64,000 nt of DNA, taken from contig JBQTIC010000003.1 in NCBI GenBank assembly GCA_052388435.1, positions 1,565 through 65,564 of the forward strand, given 5' to 3'. Positions 27,423-37,616 of this stretch are shown piece after piece. Made by a program: the position numbers and the translations under genes. The notes under the pieces were generated by a model, which was given only the letters and a program-made list of their open reading frames with translations, was not told where the DNA came from and did no database searches. This DNA comes from Chromatiales bacterium (GTDB lineage: Bacteria > Pseudomonadota > Gammaproteobacteria > JAJPIJ01). The first letter of the stretch is position 1, and every line of letters starts with the position of its first letter.

Positions 27423-28423
27423 CGCGCCGCCGCCGCGTCTTTTGCCTGGAAGTGCTGGAAGATCATGATCGGCACCACCAGCAGCAACAGGATCGCGATC
27501 GCCACGGCGGAGGCCACCGGCCAGGCGCGATTGGCGAAGAATTCATCCCACAGCACCTTGCCGATCATCAGTGTGTTCGGTCCGCCCAGCAGCTCCGGGA
27601 TCACGAACTCACCGACTGCAGGAATGAACACCAGCATACAGCCGGCGATGATGCCCGGCAAAGACAGCGGCAGGGTGATCGTCAGGAAGGACTTGAACGG
27701 TCGGCAACCAAGGTCGTAGGCCGCCTCGAGCAGGGTCAGGTCCATCTTCTCCAGGGTCGCGTACAGCGGCATGACCATGAACGGCAGATAGGAGTAGACG
27801 ATGCCGACGTAGACCGCGAATGGCGTGTGCATCATCACGATCGGTTCATCGATGATGCCGAGTCCCATGAGCAGCTGATTGATGACGCCGTTGTTCTTGA
27901 GGATGCCGATCCACGCATACACGCGCAGCAGGAAGGAGGTCCAGAACGGCAGGAACACCAGCATCAGCAGCACATTGCGCCACGCCGGATGGGTGCGTGC
28001 GATGCCGTAGGCCATCGGGTAGCCGATCACCAGACACAGCAGCGTTGAGATAGCGGCGATCTTGACGGAGTTAAGGTAGGCCTTCCAATACAAGTCGTCG
28101 TTCACCAGGAACAGAATGTTCGAGACGTTGAGTTTCAGCGTCAGATACTTGCCCTCGGCCCAATCGACAAGCGGCGTGTAGGGCGGCTGCGCGAGCACCT
28201 GGTCGGCAAAGGCGATCTTCAGCACGATGGCGAACGGCACCAGAAAGAACAGCAGCAGCCAGATGTATGGCACCGCAGTGACGAGAGAGCGGCCCGAGAA
28301 GCCGAAACGTCCGATCTGTTCCAGCAGCCAGGGCAGCGGCGGGATGCGGACCAGTGTACGCGCCAGCGGCTCGAGCATTCGCGCGAGCTGCCGCCCCAGC
28401 GTGACGTAGCCGACGCGGGTCAT
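27419..28423 (-). CDS. polyamine ABC transporter permease (PotH/SpuG-like)
   Basis: PotB/PotH-family permease. It overlaps the neighbouring genes by 4 nt on each side. Confidence 0.85.
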   Translation of the reverse strand: MTRVGYVTLGRQLARMLEPLARTLVRIPPLPWLLEQIGRFGFSGRSLVTAVPYIWLLLFFLVPFAIVLKIAFADQVLAQPPYTPLVDWAEGKYLTLKLNVSNILFLVNDDLYWKAYLNSVKIAAISTLLCLVIGYPMAYGIARTHPAWRNVLLMLVFLPFWTSFLLRVYAWIGILKNNGVINQLLMGLGIIDEPIVMMHTPFAVYVGIVYSYLPFMVMPLYATLEKMDLTLLEAAYDLGCRPFKSFLTITLPLSLPGIIAGCMLVFIPAVGEFVIPELLGGPNTLMIGKVLWDEFFANRAWPVASAVAIAILLLLVVPIMIFQHFQAKDAAAAR

Positions 28424-29565
28424 GAGATCAAAACTATACCGCTGGCCGGATGCCAGTGCAGATATACCCGGTCATCCCAGGTGATGCGATCCTCGGCGTG
28501 ACGGATGAGATTCGGCTGCGTGACCTTGACCATCTTGCCGCTGTCGAGACGGACGTTGAACACGGAGATATCACCCATGTAGGCGATGTCCTGCACGAGT
28601 CCCCGTGTGCAGTTCTCGCGCGCATCGGCCGGCGCTTCACGGGTAACGTGGATCTTCTCCGGCCGGATGGCCACCCAGAGCGTTGCGTTGGGTGGCGCCG
28701 CCACCCCGTGGTTGATGAAAATCGTGCAGCCGGATTCCTCCGATCCGATGCGCACGAAGTCATTGTCCTCATCGACGATGCGGCCCTCGAACATGTTCAC
28801 GGAGCCGATGAAATCCGCGACGAAGCGGCTGATCGGGAACTCGTAGATCTCCGTGGGCGTACCGACCTGCACGATCTGCCCCTGGTTCATGACGCCGATG
28901 CGGGAGGCCAGCGTCATGGCCTCCTCCTGATCGTGCGTTACCACCATAAAAGTGACGCCGGTGCGCTCCTGGATATTCACCAGCTCGAATTGCGTCTGCT
29001 CGCGCAGTTTCTTGTCGAGCGCGCCGAGCGGCTCATCGAGCAGCAGCAACTTCGGCTGCTTGACCAGCGCACGCGCCAGCGCCACGCGCTGGCGCTGGCC
29101 GCCGGAGAGCTGGTGCGGCTTGCGTTTCGCGAAAGCACCGAGTTGCACCAGCGCCAGCATGTCACCGACCCGCCTGGCGATCTCGGCGCGCGGGAGGTGA
29201 TCCTGCTTGAGGCCAAAGGCGACGTTGTCCTCCACGCTCATGTGCGGGAACAGCGCGTAGGACTGGAACATCATATTGACCGGCCGGTGGTAGGGGGGAA
29301 TGTCGGCCATGTTGATGCCGTCAATGTAAAGCGCACCTGCGGTGAGCGGTTCGAAGCCGGCGAGCAGGCGCAGCAGGGTACTCTTGCCGCAGCCGGATCC
29401 ACCCAGCAGACAGAACAACTCGTTTTTGTAGACGTTGAGGGAAACGTTGTTGACGGCAACGAAATCGCCGAATTTCTTGGTGACGTTGTCGATGCGGATG
29501 TAGGGTTCCGCCTTGGGATCCGTCCAGGGCGGAACCTGTTTCTCGTTGCGTCGCGTCTCGTTCAT
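28420..29565 (-). CDS. putrescine ABC transporter ATP-binding protein (PotG/SpuF-like)
   Basis: Walker A GGSGCGKST, LSGGQRQRVALARAL and a C-terminal TOBE domain. Aligns to PotG. Confidence 0.9.
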   Translation of the reverse strand: MNETRRNEKQVPPWTDPKAEPYIRIDNVTKKFGDFVAVNNVSLNVYKNELFCLLGGSGCGKSTLLRLLAGFEPLTAGALYIDGINMADIPPYHRPVNMMFQSYALFPHMSVEDNVAFGLKQDHLPRAEIARRVGDMLALVQLGAFAKRKPHQLSGGQRQRVALARALVKQPKLLLLDEPLGALDKKLREQTQFELVNIQERTGVTFMVVTHDQEEAMTLASRIGVMNQGQIVQVGTPTEIYEFPISRFVADFIGSVNMFEGRIVDEDNDFVRIGSEESGCTIFINHGVAAPPNATLWVAIRPEKIHVTREAPADARENCTRGLVQDIAYMGDISVFNVRLDSGKMVKVTQPNLIRHAEDRITWDDRVYLHWHPASGIVLIS

Positions 29566-29641
29566 GCACTTTCACCCCGTTCACGCTGTTGGAGCGGCCC
29601 TGGCCGCGAACAGCGACGCGTTCGCGGGCTGGCGCCCGCTC

Positions 29642-30805
29642 CTACTGGCCCGTCTTGATCCTGGTCCACGAACGGGTGAGCAGGCGATCGTACTCGGCGG
29701 TGTGCACCGGGTTGGGGAAGAGCTTGGCCTTGACCTCCGGCGGCGGAAAGATCCCCGGGTCGTTCTTCACCTCATCGTTGATGAACTCCAGGGACGCCGC
29801 ATTGGCATTGGCATAGTTGACGTAGTTGCTGACGGCGGCGGTGATCTCCGGCCGCAGGAAGTAATCGAGGAACAGGTGCGCGTTCTTCGGATGCGGCGCA
29901 TCGACGGTGATCGCCAGCAGATCGAACCACACCTCAGCGCCTTCCTTGGGTATGAAATAGGCAAGCTCGATACCCTGGCCCGCCTCCTCGGCGCGGTCGC
30001 GGGCGATGAACACATCGCCGCTCCAGCCGACCACCAGACAGACTTCGCCGTTGGCGAGGTCATTAATGTATTGGGACGAATGGAAGTACTTGATGTGCGG
30101 CCGCGCCTGCATCAGCAACGCCTCGGCCGCCTCCAGATCCTTCGGGTCCTCGCTGTCCGGCTCCTTGCCGAGATAGCGCAATGCCGTCGCCATGATCTCG
30201 GTCGGCGCATCGAGCATGGTCACGCCACAGTCGGCAAACTTCGACAGCAGCTCGGGCTTGAAGATGAGCTCCCACGAATCCAGCGTTGCCTCGGGCATGC
30301 GCTCCTTGACCTTGGCGACGTTGTAGCCGATGCCGGTCGTTCCCCACATCCACGGAAAGGAATAGAGGTTGTCCGGATCGTACTTCGCCAGCGTCTGCAT
30401 GATCTCCGGATCGAGATTCTTGTAATTGGGGATCTGTGCCCGGTCGAGCTTCTGGAACACGCCAGCCTGTGCCTGTCTGGCGAGGAAGTTCGCGCCTGGG
30501 ACCACGATGTCATAGCCGGTCTTGCCGGCGAGCAGCTTGGCTTCGAGCACCTCGTTCGAGTCGAAGACGTCGTAGCGGACCTTGATGCCGGTCTCCTTCT
30601 CAAAATTGGGAACGGTGTCCTCGGCGATATAGTCCGACCAGTTGTAGATGTTGAGGATCTTTTCATCATCGCCACCTGCAACTGCGCCGGCGGTGGTTGT
30701 ATCTTTGGACACTGCGGGCGGGGCTTCTGCATTACCCTGTTTTTTCCCGCATCCGCCAAGAACCAAGACAAGTAGAACGAGGCTGAGCTTCTTCGTGTTC
30801 GGCAT
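29642..30805 (-). CDS. putrescine-binding periplasmic protein (PotF/SpuD-like)
   Basis: Aligns over its full length to E. coli PotF (YNWSDYIA.DTV.NFEKETGIKV.YDVFDSNEVLE...). The start is taken at MPNTKKLSLVLLVLVLGGCG, a lipoprotein-like signal. Confidence 0.85.
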   Translation of the reverse strand: MPNTKKLSLVLLVLVLGGCGKKQGNAEAPPAVSKDTTTAGAVAGGDDEKILNIYNWSDYIAEDTVPNFEKETGIKVRYDVFDSNEVLEAKLLAGKTGYDIVVPGANFLARQAQAGVFQKLDRAQIPNYKNLDPEIMQTLAKYDPDNLYSFPWMWGTTGIGYNVAKVKERMPEATLDSWELIFKPELLSKFADCGVTMLDAPTEIMATALRYLGKEPDSEDPKDLEAAEALLMQARPHIKYFHSSQYINDLANGEVCLVVGWSGDVFIARDRAEEAGQGIELAYFIPKEGAEVWFDLLAITVDAPHPKNAHLFLDYFLRPEITAAVSNYVNYANANAASLEFINDEVKNDPGIFPPPEVKAKLFPNPVHTAEYDRLLTRSWTRIKTGQ

Positions 30806-30976
30806 AACGTCATCTCCTGATGGGTGCAAATATCGATTAAGGCATCCCTGACGGAGCGTCCTGTACAAAACACAACCACCACTGCGTGCAGGCATGAGCC
30901 GGAGCGTGGCCTCACACCGATTCTCTCTCTGTCCTCCTTGGCATGTAAAGCTCGTTGTACTGTGACAACGCGCTGA

Positions 30977-32365
30977 TCAGTTAGTCTGCGCGGCAATTCC
31001 CAGGCGTGCGGCAGTCATGTCCAGGCTCTTCTTCGCTAGCAGCCACATCTCGTCGATGTCGGCTCGTGTCGAAATGAGCGGCGGCGCCAGTATCATCGTA
31101 TCGCGCACGGCGCGCATCACCAGGCCGTTGTCAAAGCAGAAATCGCGGCACAGGGTACCGACGTCGCCGATGGGCTCGAAGAAACGGCGAGCGGCCTTGT
31201 CCTGCACCAGCTCAATCGCGGCGAGCAGCCCGACACCCCGGACCTCCCCCACCAGCGGGTGATCGCTGAACTCCTGCCAGCGCTGCTGCAGATAGGGGCC
31301 GGTCGCGCGCTCGACGCGCTCTATGATGCCTTCGTTCCGCAATACCCGTATATTCGCACATCCGACCGCACAGGCCGCCGGGTGGCCGGAGTACGTGAAG
31401 CCGTGGTAGAACTCGCCGCCGCCCTCGATGATCGGTCTGGCGACACGGTCGCTCACCAGCACGCCGCCCAGCGGCAGGTAACCGCCGCTCACCCCCTTGG
31501 CAAACGGCATCAGGTCCGGCTCGATGCCGAAGTAGTCACTGCCGAACCACTTGCCCGTCCTGCCGAATGCGCAGATGACTTCGTCGGCGATGAGCAGGAC
31601 GCCGTGCTTCTTGCAGATGCGGTTCACTTCCGGCCAATAGGTGTCAGGGGGAATGATCATGCCGCCAGCGCCCTGGACAGGTTCGCCGATGAAGGCGGCG
31701 ACGTTTTCCGCGCCGAGCTCCAGGATCTTCTGCTCCAGCCAGCCGGCGGCCTGGCGCCCGAACTCCGGGGGTGAGAGACTCCCGCCGCTCCCGTACCAGT
31801 ACGGCGCGCCAATGTGCACTATACCGGGGATGGGCAGGTGCCCCTGTTCGTGCACCGGCTTCTGCCCGCCGAGGCTCGCCGCCGCGATAGTCGAGCCGTG
31901 AAAGGCGTTTTCACGCGAGATGATGATGCGTCGGGCAGGTTTGCCGACTACGTCCCAGTAGCGGCGCACCAGCCGGATCACGGTATCGTTGGCCTCGGAG
32001 CCCGAACCGGTGAAGAACACGTGGTTGAAACCCGGCGGCGCGACTTCCGCCAGCAGGCGCGCGAGTTCTATTGCCGGCGGATGGGCGGTCTTGAAGAAGC
32101 TGTTGTAGTAGGGCAGCTCGCGGAGCTGCTCGCAGGCTGCGTCGATGAGCTCGGCGCGCCCGTAGCCGAGATTGCAACACCAAAGGCCCGACATGCCATC
32201 GAGCAGGCGCCGATTATCGGAGTCCCAGAGGTAAATGCCTTCGGCGCGGGTGATGACGCGCGTACCCTCCTCGCGCAACGCCCTGGAGTCCGTGAAGGGA
32301 TGCAGGTAGTGGCGCCGGTCGATCTCCTGCCACTCCGCCGTGCTGTGCTTCGGTATCGCGTTCAT
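30977..32365 (-). CDS. class III aminotransferase, putrescine--pyruvate transaminase type (SpuC-like)
   Basis: 462 aa PLP fold-type I omega-aminotransferase with GSGSEANDT and LIADEV...FGRTG motifs. Its position between the GS-like gene and potF matches spuC. Confidence 0.8.
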   Translation of the reverse strand: MNAIPKHSTAEWQEIDRRHYLHPFTDSRALREEGTRVITRAEGIYLWDSDNRRLLDGMSGLWCCNLGYGRAELIDAACEQLRELPYYNSFFKTAHPPAIELARLLAEVAPPGFNHVFFTGSGSEANDTVIRLVRRYWDVVGKPARRIIISRENAFHGSTIAAASLGGQKPVHEQGHLPIPGIVHIGAPYWYGSGGSLSPPEFGRQAAGWLEQKILELGAENVAAFIGEPVQGAGGMIIPPDTYWPEVNRICKKHGVLLIADEVICAFGRTGKWFGSDYFGIEPDLMPFAKGVSGGYLPLGGVLVSDRVARPIIEGGGEFYHGFTYSGHPAACAVGCANIRVLRNEGIIERVERATGPYLQQRWQEFSDHPLVGEVRGVGLLAAIELVQDKAARRFFEPIGDVGTLCRDFCFDNGLVMRAVRDTMILAPPLISTRADIDEMWLLAKKSLDMTAARLGIAAQTN

Positions 32366-33696
32366 ACCTTGAGCAACAAGTGCTCGCGTTCCCAGGAGCT
32401 GATGACCTGGAAGAACGTCTCGTACTCCTGTTCCTTTACCGCTGCGTAAGCCTTCACGAATCGCGCCCCGAGGATCTCATGCAGGTGCTCACTGTCGGCG
32501 AGCAGCTTCAGCGCCGACTGCAGGTCGCGTGTGAGGCCGTAGGGCAGCTCATAGGCACTCGCGGCCAGTGGTTCCGTCGGGTGCAGCATCTCCTTCATGC
32601 CGAGAAAGCCGCAGGCAAGTGAAGCGGCGATGGCCAGATAGACGTTGGCATCCGCGCCTGGGACGCGGTTTTCCACACGCGTGTTCTCCGGCTCCGAGTT
32701 CGGCACCCGAAGTCCGACCGTGCGGTTGTCGTGCCCCCAATGCACGTTCGTGGGGGCCGAATGCCAAGGGGCAATGCGCCGGTAGGAATTCACGTTCGGC
32801 GCGAAGAACGGCATCGCCGCCGGCAGATAGGTCTGCAAGCCGGCGATATGGGCCAGGAACAGCCGTGAATGCCGCCCCTTCTTGTCGACGAAGATGTTCT
32901 TGCTCGTCTTCCTGTCGATGACGCTCTGGTGCAGGTGCATGGCGCTGCCGGGCTCATTCTGCAGCGGCTTGGCCATGAAGGTGGCGAAGATCTTGTGGCG
33001 GAACGCCGCCTCGCGCACGGTGCGTTTGAAGATGAAGATCTGGTCGGCAAGTTCCAGCGCATTGCCGTGCCGGAAATTGACCTCCATTTGCGCCGCGCCG
33101 TCTTCGTGGATGAGCGTGTCGATCTCGAGCTCTTGTTCCTCGCAGTAGTCGTAAATGTCCTCAAAAAGTGGATCGAACTCGTTCACCGCGTCGACGCTGT
33201 AGGGCTGGCGTCCGGTCTCCGCTCTCCCCGACCGGCCGACTGGCGGCTCGAGCGGGTAGTCCGCATCGATGTTCGGCTTCACCAGGTAGAACTCGATCTC
33301 CGGCGCCACGACGGGCTCCCAGCCTTTCGCCTCGTAGGTCTCGAGCACGCGGCGCAGGACATGGCGCGGAGAGATATCCACCGGGATACCGTTGCCATAG
33401 AAGCAGTCGTGGATGATCTGGGCCGTCGGCTCCGCCGCCCACGGTACCTTGCGGATTGTGTTCGGGTCGGGCAGCAGCACCATGTCGATCTCGGCGGGAT
33501 TCATGATCGCGGGATCATGGATGTATTCGCCGGTGACGGTCTGGACGAACAGGCCCTCGGGCAGGCGCATGCCCTCCTCTTCTGTGTACTTCTTGGCGGG
33601 CATGATCTTGCCGCGTGCGACCCCGGCCATGTCGGGAACCAGTGCCTCGACTTCGGTGATGCCGTTCTTTTCAAACCACTGCTTGATGACGGTCAT
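32362..33696 (-). CDS. glutamine synthetase family protein, gamma-glutamylpolyamine synthetase type (PauA/SpuB-like)
   Basis: GS catalytic-domain motifs are present. It is first in the spuBCDEFGH-like operon. Confidence 0.8.
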   Translation of the reverse strand: MTVIKQWFEKNGITEVEALVPDMAGVARGKIMPAKKYTEEEGMRLPEGLFVQTVTGEYIHDPAIMNPAEIDMVLLPDPNTIRKVPWAAEPTAQIIHDCFYGNGIPVDISPRHVLRRVLETYEAKGWEPVVAPEIEFYLVKPNIDADYPLEPPVGRSGRAETGRQPYSVDAVNEFDPLFEDIYDYCEEQELEIDTLIHEDGAAQMEVNFRHGNALELADQIFIFKRTVREAAFRHKIFATFMAKPLQNEPGSAMHLHQSVIDRKTSKNIFVDKKGRHSRLFLAHIAGLQTYLPAAMPFFAPNVNSYRRIAPWHSAPTNVHWGHDNRTVGLRVPNSEPENTRVENRVPGADANVYLAIAASLACGFLGMKEMLHPTEPLAASAYELPYGLTRDLQSALKLLADSEHLHEILGARFVKAYAAVKEQEYETFFQVISSWEREHLLLKV

Positions 33697-34333
33697 GGCA
33701 TGCCTTCACACACTTTGCAGCGTTACCCCGCCAGCTGTCCGCGGTGCTGCACCCCAGGGCGGTCCGTCACCAGCCACGGCTCGCTCGAGGCCAACGGCGC
33801 CACGCTCGCCAGCCCGGCGGGTGCCGCGATTCGACACTGGAGCCGCTACCCGTGAGTAGCACGCCGTACACCCGCTCCGGCGGGTCCCCTTTATCGAGGT
33901 TGCGCCCGAGCATTGGGATGAACAACTGGGCAGGCTGTCGGCGGCATCGTGTACCCACGCGGATATGTTTTGCGTAGACGGCGCAAAAGCGCTCGCCCCC
34001 GATCTCGTTGCGGTCGGCAGTCATACCGATGCCGGTTTTTCGCTGCCGCATGCCCATGGCCGGACGGCTCCCGAAGCGTGCTGGAGCCGTGTGTCGATTT
34101 TTTTAAACAATATCACGAGGCCGCCAGCCCCACAAGGCAAGCCTGTGGAGATGCTTGCTGTTGCGTCGCATTCCTGCGTCGCTGGATTTCGGAGCGGCGC
34201 ATTATCGTGGTTTTGTGCACCTGCACTATGGCCTTTGGCAGCATAGAATATGAAAATTGCCCCAGGGGAATCGGGTGGCCCGGAGAGTTCCGGCATGTCA
34301 CGAAGTACAAAAATATTAAACGGATAGCAAACG
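33697..34333. promoter_or_regulatory. 637-bp divergent intergenic control region between the spuB-like operon and puuA-puuB
   Basis: Unusually long non-coding gap with AT-rich tracts (tttttttaaacaatatcacgag; catagaatatgaaaattg; gtacaaaaatattaaacgg). No sigma-54 -24/-12 element could be matched. Confidence 0.4.
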
Positions 34334-35704
34334 ATGGCGCAAAAACGTGAGAGCGGCGAAGCGCGGCGTTTCCTCACCGCGCACCCAGCGGTCCAGTGCA
34401 TAGACCTCCTTATTGCGGACATCAACGGCTGCCAGCGTGGCAAGCGCGTGCGCCGCGACGCGCTCGCCAAGGTCTGGCGCGACGGGATCTGTCTGCCGGG
34501 CTCCCTCTATGGCTTGGACATCACCGGCACCACCGTGGAGGCGAGCGGACTGGGTTTCGCCATTGGCGACGCCGACTATGTTTGTCGACCGGTCCTAAAC
34601 CGCCTGACGACCTGTCCATGGCATGACCCGCCCACCGCACAGGTCCTGCTTGCCATGAGGGAGCGAGACGGCACGGGATTTTTCGCTGACCCGAGGGCGG
34701 TACTCACCGAGGTGGCGGAGCGCTTCCGCGCACTGCGCCTGCGTCCCGTGGTCGCCGTCGAACTGGAGTTCTATCTCGTTGACCGTCGGCGGACCCGTTC
34801 AGGCAAACCGCAGCCTCCGCTGTCCCCGGTCACCGGCGAGCGCGAGGCCAGCACGCAAGTCTACGGCATGAAGGAGATTGATGACTACGCGACATTCCTG
34901 GAAGACGTCCGGCGGGCCGCCGAGGCGCAGGGTCTGCCGGCCGATACCGCCGTGTCCGAATACGCCCCCGGCCAGTACGAGGTCAATCTGCGCCATCGTG
35001 CCGACCCGGTCGCCGCATGCGACGATGCGTTTCTACTCAAGCGATTATTGAAGGGCGTGGCCAACCGGCACGGCATGGAAGCGACTTTCATGGCCAAACC
35101 CTACGAGGAACTTGCAGGCAGCGGTCTGCATATCCACTTGAGCCTGGCCAATGCGCAGGGGCGCAATGCCTTCGCTGCCGAGCGACTCCTGCAGCAGCGC
35201 CTGCTGAGGCATGCCGTCGGCGGTCTCAAGGCGACGATGATCGACGCCACGGCGATCTTCGCCCCGACCGCCAATTCCTACCGCCGCTACCGCGCCGGCG
35301 CCTTCGTGCCAATGGCGCCCACCTGGGGGGTGAACAATCGCACCCTGGCACTGCGCATCCCCGCCGGGCAGCGGGCTACCACGCGCATCGAGCACCGCGT
35401 GTCCGGCGCGGATGCCAACCCCTACACCGTTATGGCCGCCGTGCTCGCCGGCGCGCATTATGGGATCGTCAACAGGCTCGATCCGGGTGTGCCCACCGAG
35501 GGCAACGCCTACACGCAGCATCCGCCGACGCTGCCGCGTTACTGGAGCGAGGCGTTGCGGACGTTCGAGAAGAGCAAGGTCATGCGTCACTATCTGGGCG
35601 AGCGGTTTTGTCGGGTCTACAGCGCCTGCCGCTGGCATGAATGCGAGGCCTTCAACGCGGCGGTGACCCCCCGTGAGTACGACTGGTATCTGCGCAGTGT
35701 CTGA
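34334..35704 (+). CDS. puuA: glutamate--putrescine ligase (gamma-glutamylputrescine synthetase)
   Basis: Aligns along its length to E. coli PuuA (DLNGC.RGKR..., VVAVELEFYL.D, ATFMAKPYEE.AGSG.HIH.S, RVEYRVAGADANPY, YLGERFC.VY.AC). Confidence 0.8.
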   Translation: MAQKRESGEARRFLTAHPAVQCIDLLIADINGCQRGKRVRRDALAKVWRDGICLPGSLYGLDITGTTVEASGLGFAIGDADYVCRPVLNRLTTCPWHDPPTAQVLLAMRERDGTGFFADPRAVLTEVAERFRALRLRPVVAVELEFYLVDRRRTRSGKPQPPLSPVTGEREASTQVYGMKEIDDYATFLEDVRRAAEAQGLPADTAVSEYAPGQYEVNLRHRADPVAACDDAFLLKRLLKGVANRHGMEATFMAKPYEELAGSGLHIHLSLANAQGRNAFAAERLLQQRLLRHAVGGLKATMIDATAIFAPTANSYRRYRAGAFVPMAPTWGVNNRTLALRIPAGQRATTRIEHRVSGADANPYTVMAAVLAGAHYGIVNRLDPGVPTEGNAYTQHPPTLPRYWSEALRTFEKSKVMRHYLGERFCRVYSACRWHECEAFNAAVTPREYDWYLRSV

Positions 35705-35760
35705 CTGCGTACAGCGCCGACGCTGGCCAGCCACTGCATTCGCGTGAGGGAACAACCTGC

Positions 35761-37041
35761 ATGAGCATCGACGGACACGCGAACTCCTATTACGCCGCGA
35801 GCGCCAACCCGGCGCCGGCGCAGCCTACGCTCGAGGAGGCGGTCGTCTGCGATGTGTGCGTGATCGGCGGCGGCATAACCGGCTGCTCGACGGCCCTCAA
35901 TCTCGCCGAGCGCGGCTATCGCGTCGTGCTGGTCGAAAGTCATTGCATCGGTTACGGCGGGTCGGGACGCAGTGGGGGCCAGATGATCGCGGGTTTCGCG
36001 CGCGACATGAGCGAGTACCGCCGCCTCGTGTCTCGCGAGGACGCGCAACGGCTGTGGGACATGTCCACGGAGGCGGTCCGCATTACCAAGAGTCGCATCG
36101 AACGGCATCACATCCAGTGTGATTTGGCGATGGGTCAGATGCATGTCGCGATCAAGCCACGGCAGCACCAAGAGTTAGTCGACGGAAAACGCGAGCTTGA
36201 AGAAGAGTACGGCTATGAGGGGCTGCGACTGCTGCAAGGCGCGAGCTTGCGTGAAATGCTGGACACTGACCGCTACATCTCGGGTCTGTTCGATACGCAC
36301 GGCGGCCATCTGCACCCCTTGAACTACACGCTGGGACTGGCGGCGGCTGCACGGGCCGCGGGCGCCCACATCTTCGAGCATTCGCCGGCGCTGAGCTTAG
36401 GTCTTGGGGATCCAGCAACTGTACGCACGCCACGCGGAGAAGTGCGGTGCAAGCATCTGGTGCTCGCTTGCGGCGCGTACATAGAGGAACTGGTGCCGAA
36501 ACTGCGGCGCAAGATCATGCCCGTCGGCACTTACATCACCGCCACCGAACCGCTGGGCGAAGAGAGGGCGCGCTCGCTCATCAGGAACAACATGGCGATC
36601 ACGGACATCAACTTCGTGCTTGATTACTTCCGCCTCTCAGCGGATCACCGCCTGTTGTTTGGCGGTCGGGTCAGCTACTCGACATTCGATCCCCCCGCTC
36701 TCGCCCTGACCCTGCGCCGACGGATGACGCGGGTCTTTCCGCAGCTCGTTAACATCAAGCAGGACTACACGTGGGGTGGCTTTGTCGACATCACCCTCAA
36801 TCGCTTTCCCCATTTCGGCCGTCTGCGGCCCGATGTGTACTTCGCGCACGGCTTCTCCGGGCATGGGATGGCGCTGACCGGTCTTGCCGGAGAATTGCTC
36901 GCCGAGGCGATCGCGGGCACTGCGCAGCGTTTTGATCTCTTTGCCAAGGTCAAGCATCATGACTTCCCGGGAGGCAAACTCATGCGCACGCCACTGCTGG
37001 TGCTGGCCATGCTTTACTTCCGCCTGCGCGATCTGCTCTGA
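35761..37041 (+). CDS. puuB: gamma-glutamylputrescine oxidoreductase (FAD-dependent)
   Basis: Aligns along its length to E. coli PuuB (SYYAASAN...CDVCV.GGG.TG.S.AL.LAE.G..VV.LE...). Confidence 0.85.
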   Translation: MSIDGHANSYYAASANPAPAQPTLEEAVVCDVCVIGGGITGCSTALNLAERGYRVVLVESHCIGYGGSGRSGGQMIAGFARDMSEYRRLVSREDAQRLWDMSTEAVRITKSRIERHHIQCDLAMGQMHVAIKPRQHQELVDGKRELEEEYGYEGLRLLQGASLREMLDTDRYISGLFDTHGGHLHPLNYTLGLAAAARAAGAHIFEHSPALSLGLGDPATVRTPRGEVRCKHLVLACGAYIEELVPKLRRKIMPVGTYITATEPLGEERARSLIRNNMAITDINFVLDYFRLSADHRLLFGGRVSYSTFDPPALALTLRRRMTRVFPQLVNIKQDYTWGGFVDITLNRFPHFGRLRPDVYFAHGFSGHGMALTGLAGELLAEAIAGTAQRFDLFAKVKHHDFPGGKLMRTPLLVLAMLYFRLRDLL

Positions 37042-37144
37042 CTTCGCCTTCTAACGCGCAGGGTTCCGTTCAACGTTGCAGTGGCGGGTGACCCGAACCC
37101 GCAGCAAGTGACCTTGACACGCACTGCTCGCATGCGAACACACG

Positions 37145-37535
37145 TTACCTGTTCAGCCACGCCACGATAATGCCCATCAGGATCACGGCGATGGAATCGA
37201 ACACGATCTGCTTGGCGACCGTGACGCCGGGCATGGGTTGTACGGAATAGTGAATGAGATAAGGGGTATCGTCATCAGTACCGCAATCGCCACGCCGTAG
37301 CTCATCCCCTGCATCAGAAACGGCTTTTCTTCCCTGCCCCTGAGATAGACCCGAAGGCGAACAACGCATGCGCGAGCAGCATGTAGGGGAAATAATTCGC
37401 CGCATCCTGCTCCGTGCGGAACAGACCGGCCAGCTTCGCGTAGTCCTGGTGCACTAGAACACCGTGCACCAGATAGCCGAGGCCCAAAGCCACGACGAAG
37501 ATAACGACGACCGAGATGAGGATTTTTTTGCTCAT
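37145..37535 (-). pseudogene. small membrane protein gene broken by two apparent frameshifts
   Basis: Three overlapping frames read on as one hydrophobic protein: MSKKILISVVVIFVVALGLGYLV...FAFGSISGAGK, then LMQGMSYGVAIAVLMTIPLISFTIPYNP, then MPGVTVAKQIVFDSIAVILMGIIVAWLNR. This is either a genuine pseudogene or indel errors. Confidence 0.4.
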
Positions 37536-37616
37536 ATCGCGCTCCGCTTGCCTGGCTCGACCCTGCGATCCGAATCGTACGTCAAATGCGGTGCAGATTG
37601 CACCTGACGGGCCCCA

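Noticed and set aside
28450-30775. 402-aa and 420-aa plus-strand ORFs antisense to potG-like and potF-like
   Set aside because: The minus-strand genes align residue-by-residue to PotG and PotF. The antisense translations lack motifs.
32869-33855. 328-aa plus-strand ORF antisense to the spuB-like GS gene
   Set aside because: Antisense to a gene with clear GS-family motifs. Low-complexity translation.
34200-34333. Sigma-54 promoter upstream of puuA
   Set aside because: The TGGCAG near 34240 lacks a correctly spaced -12 GC/TTGC element. No match to the GG-N10-GC rule was found by eye.
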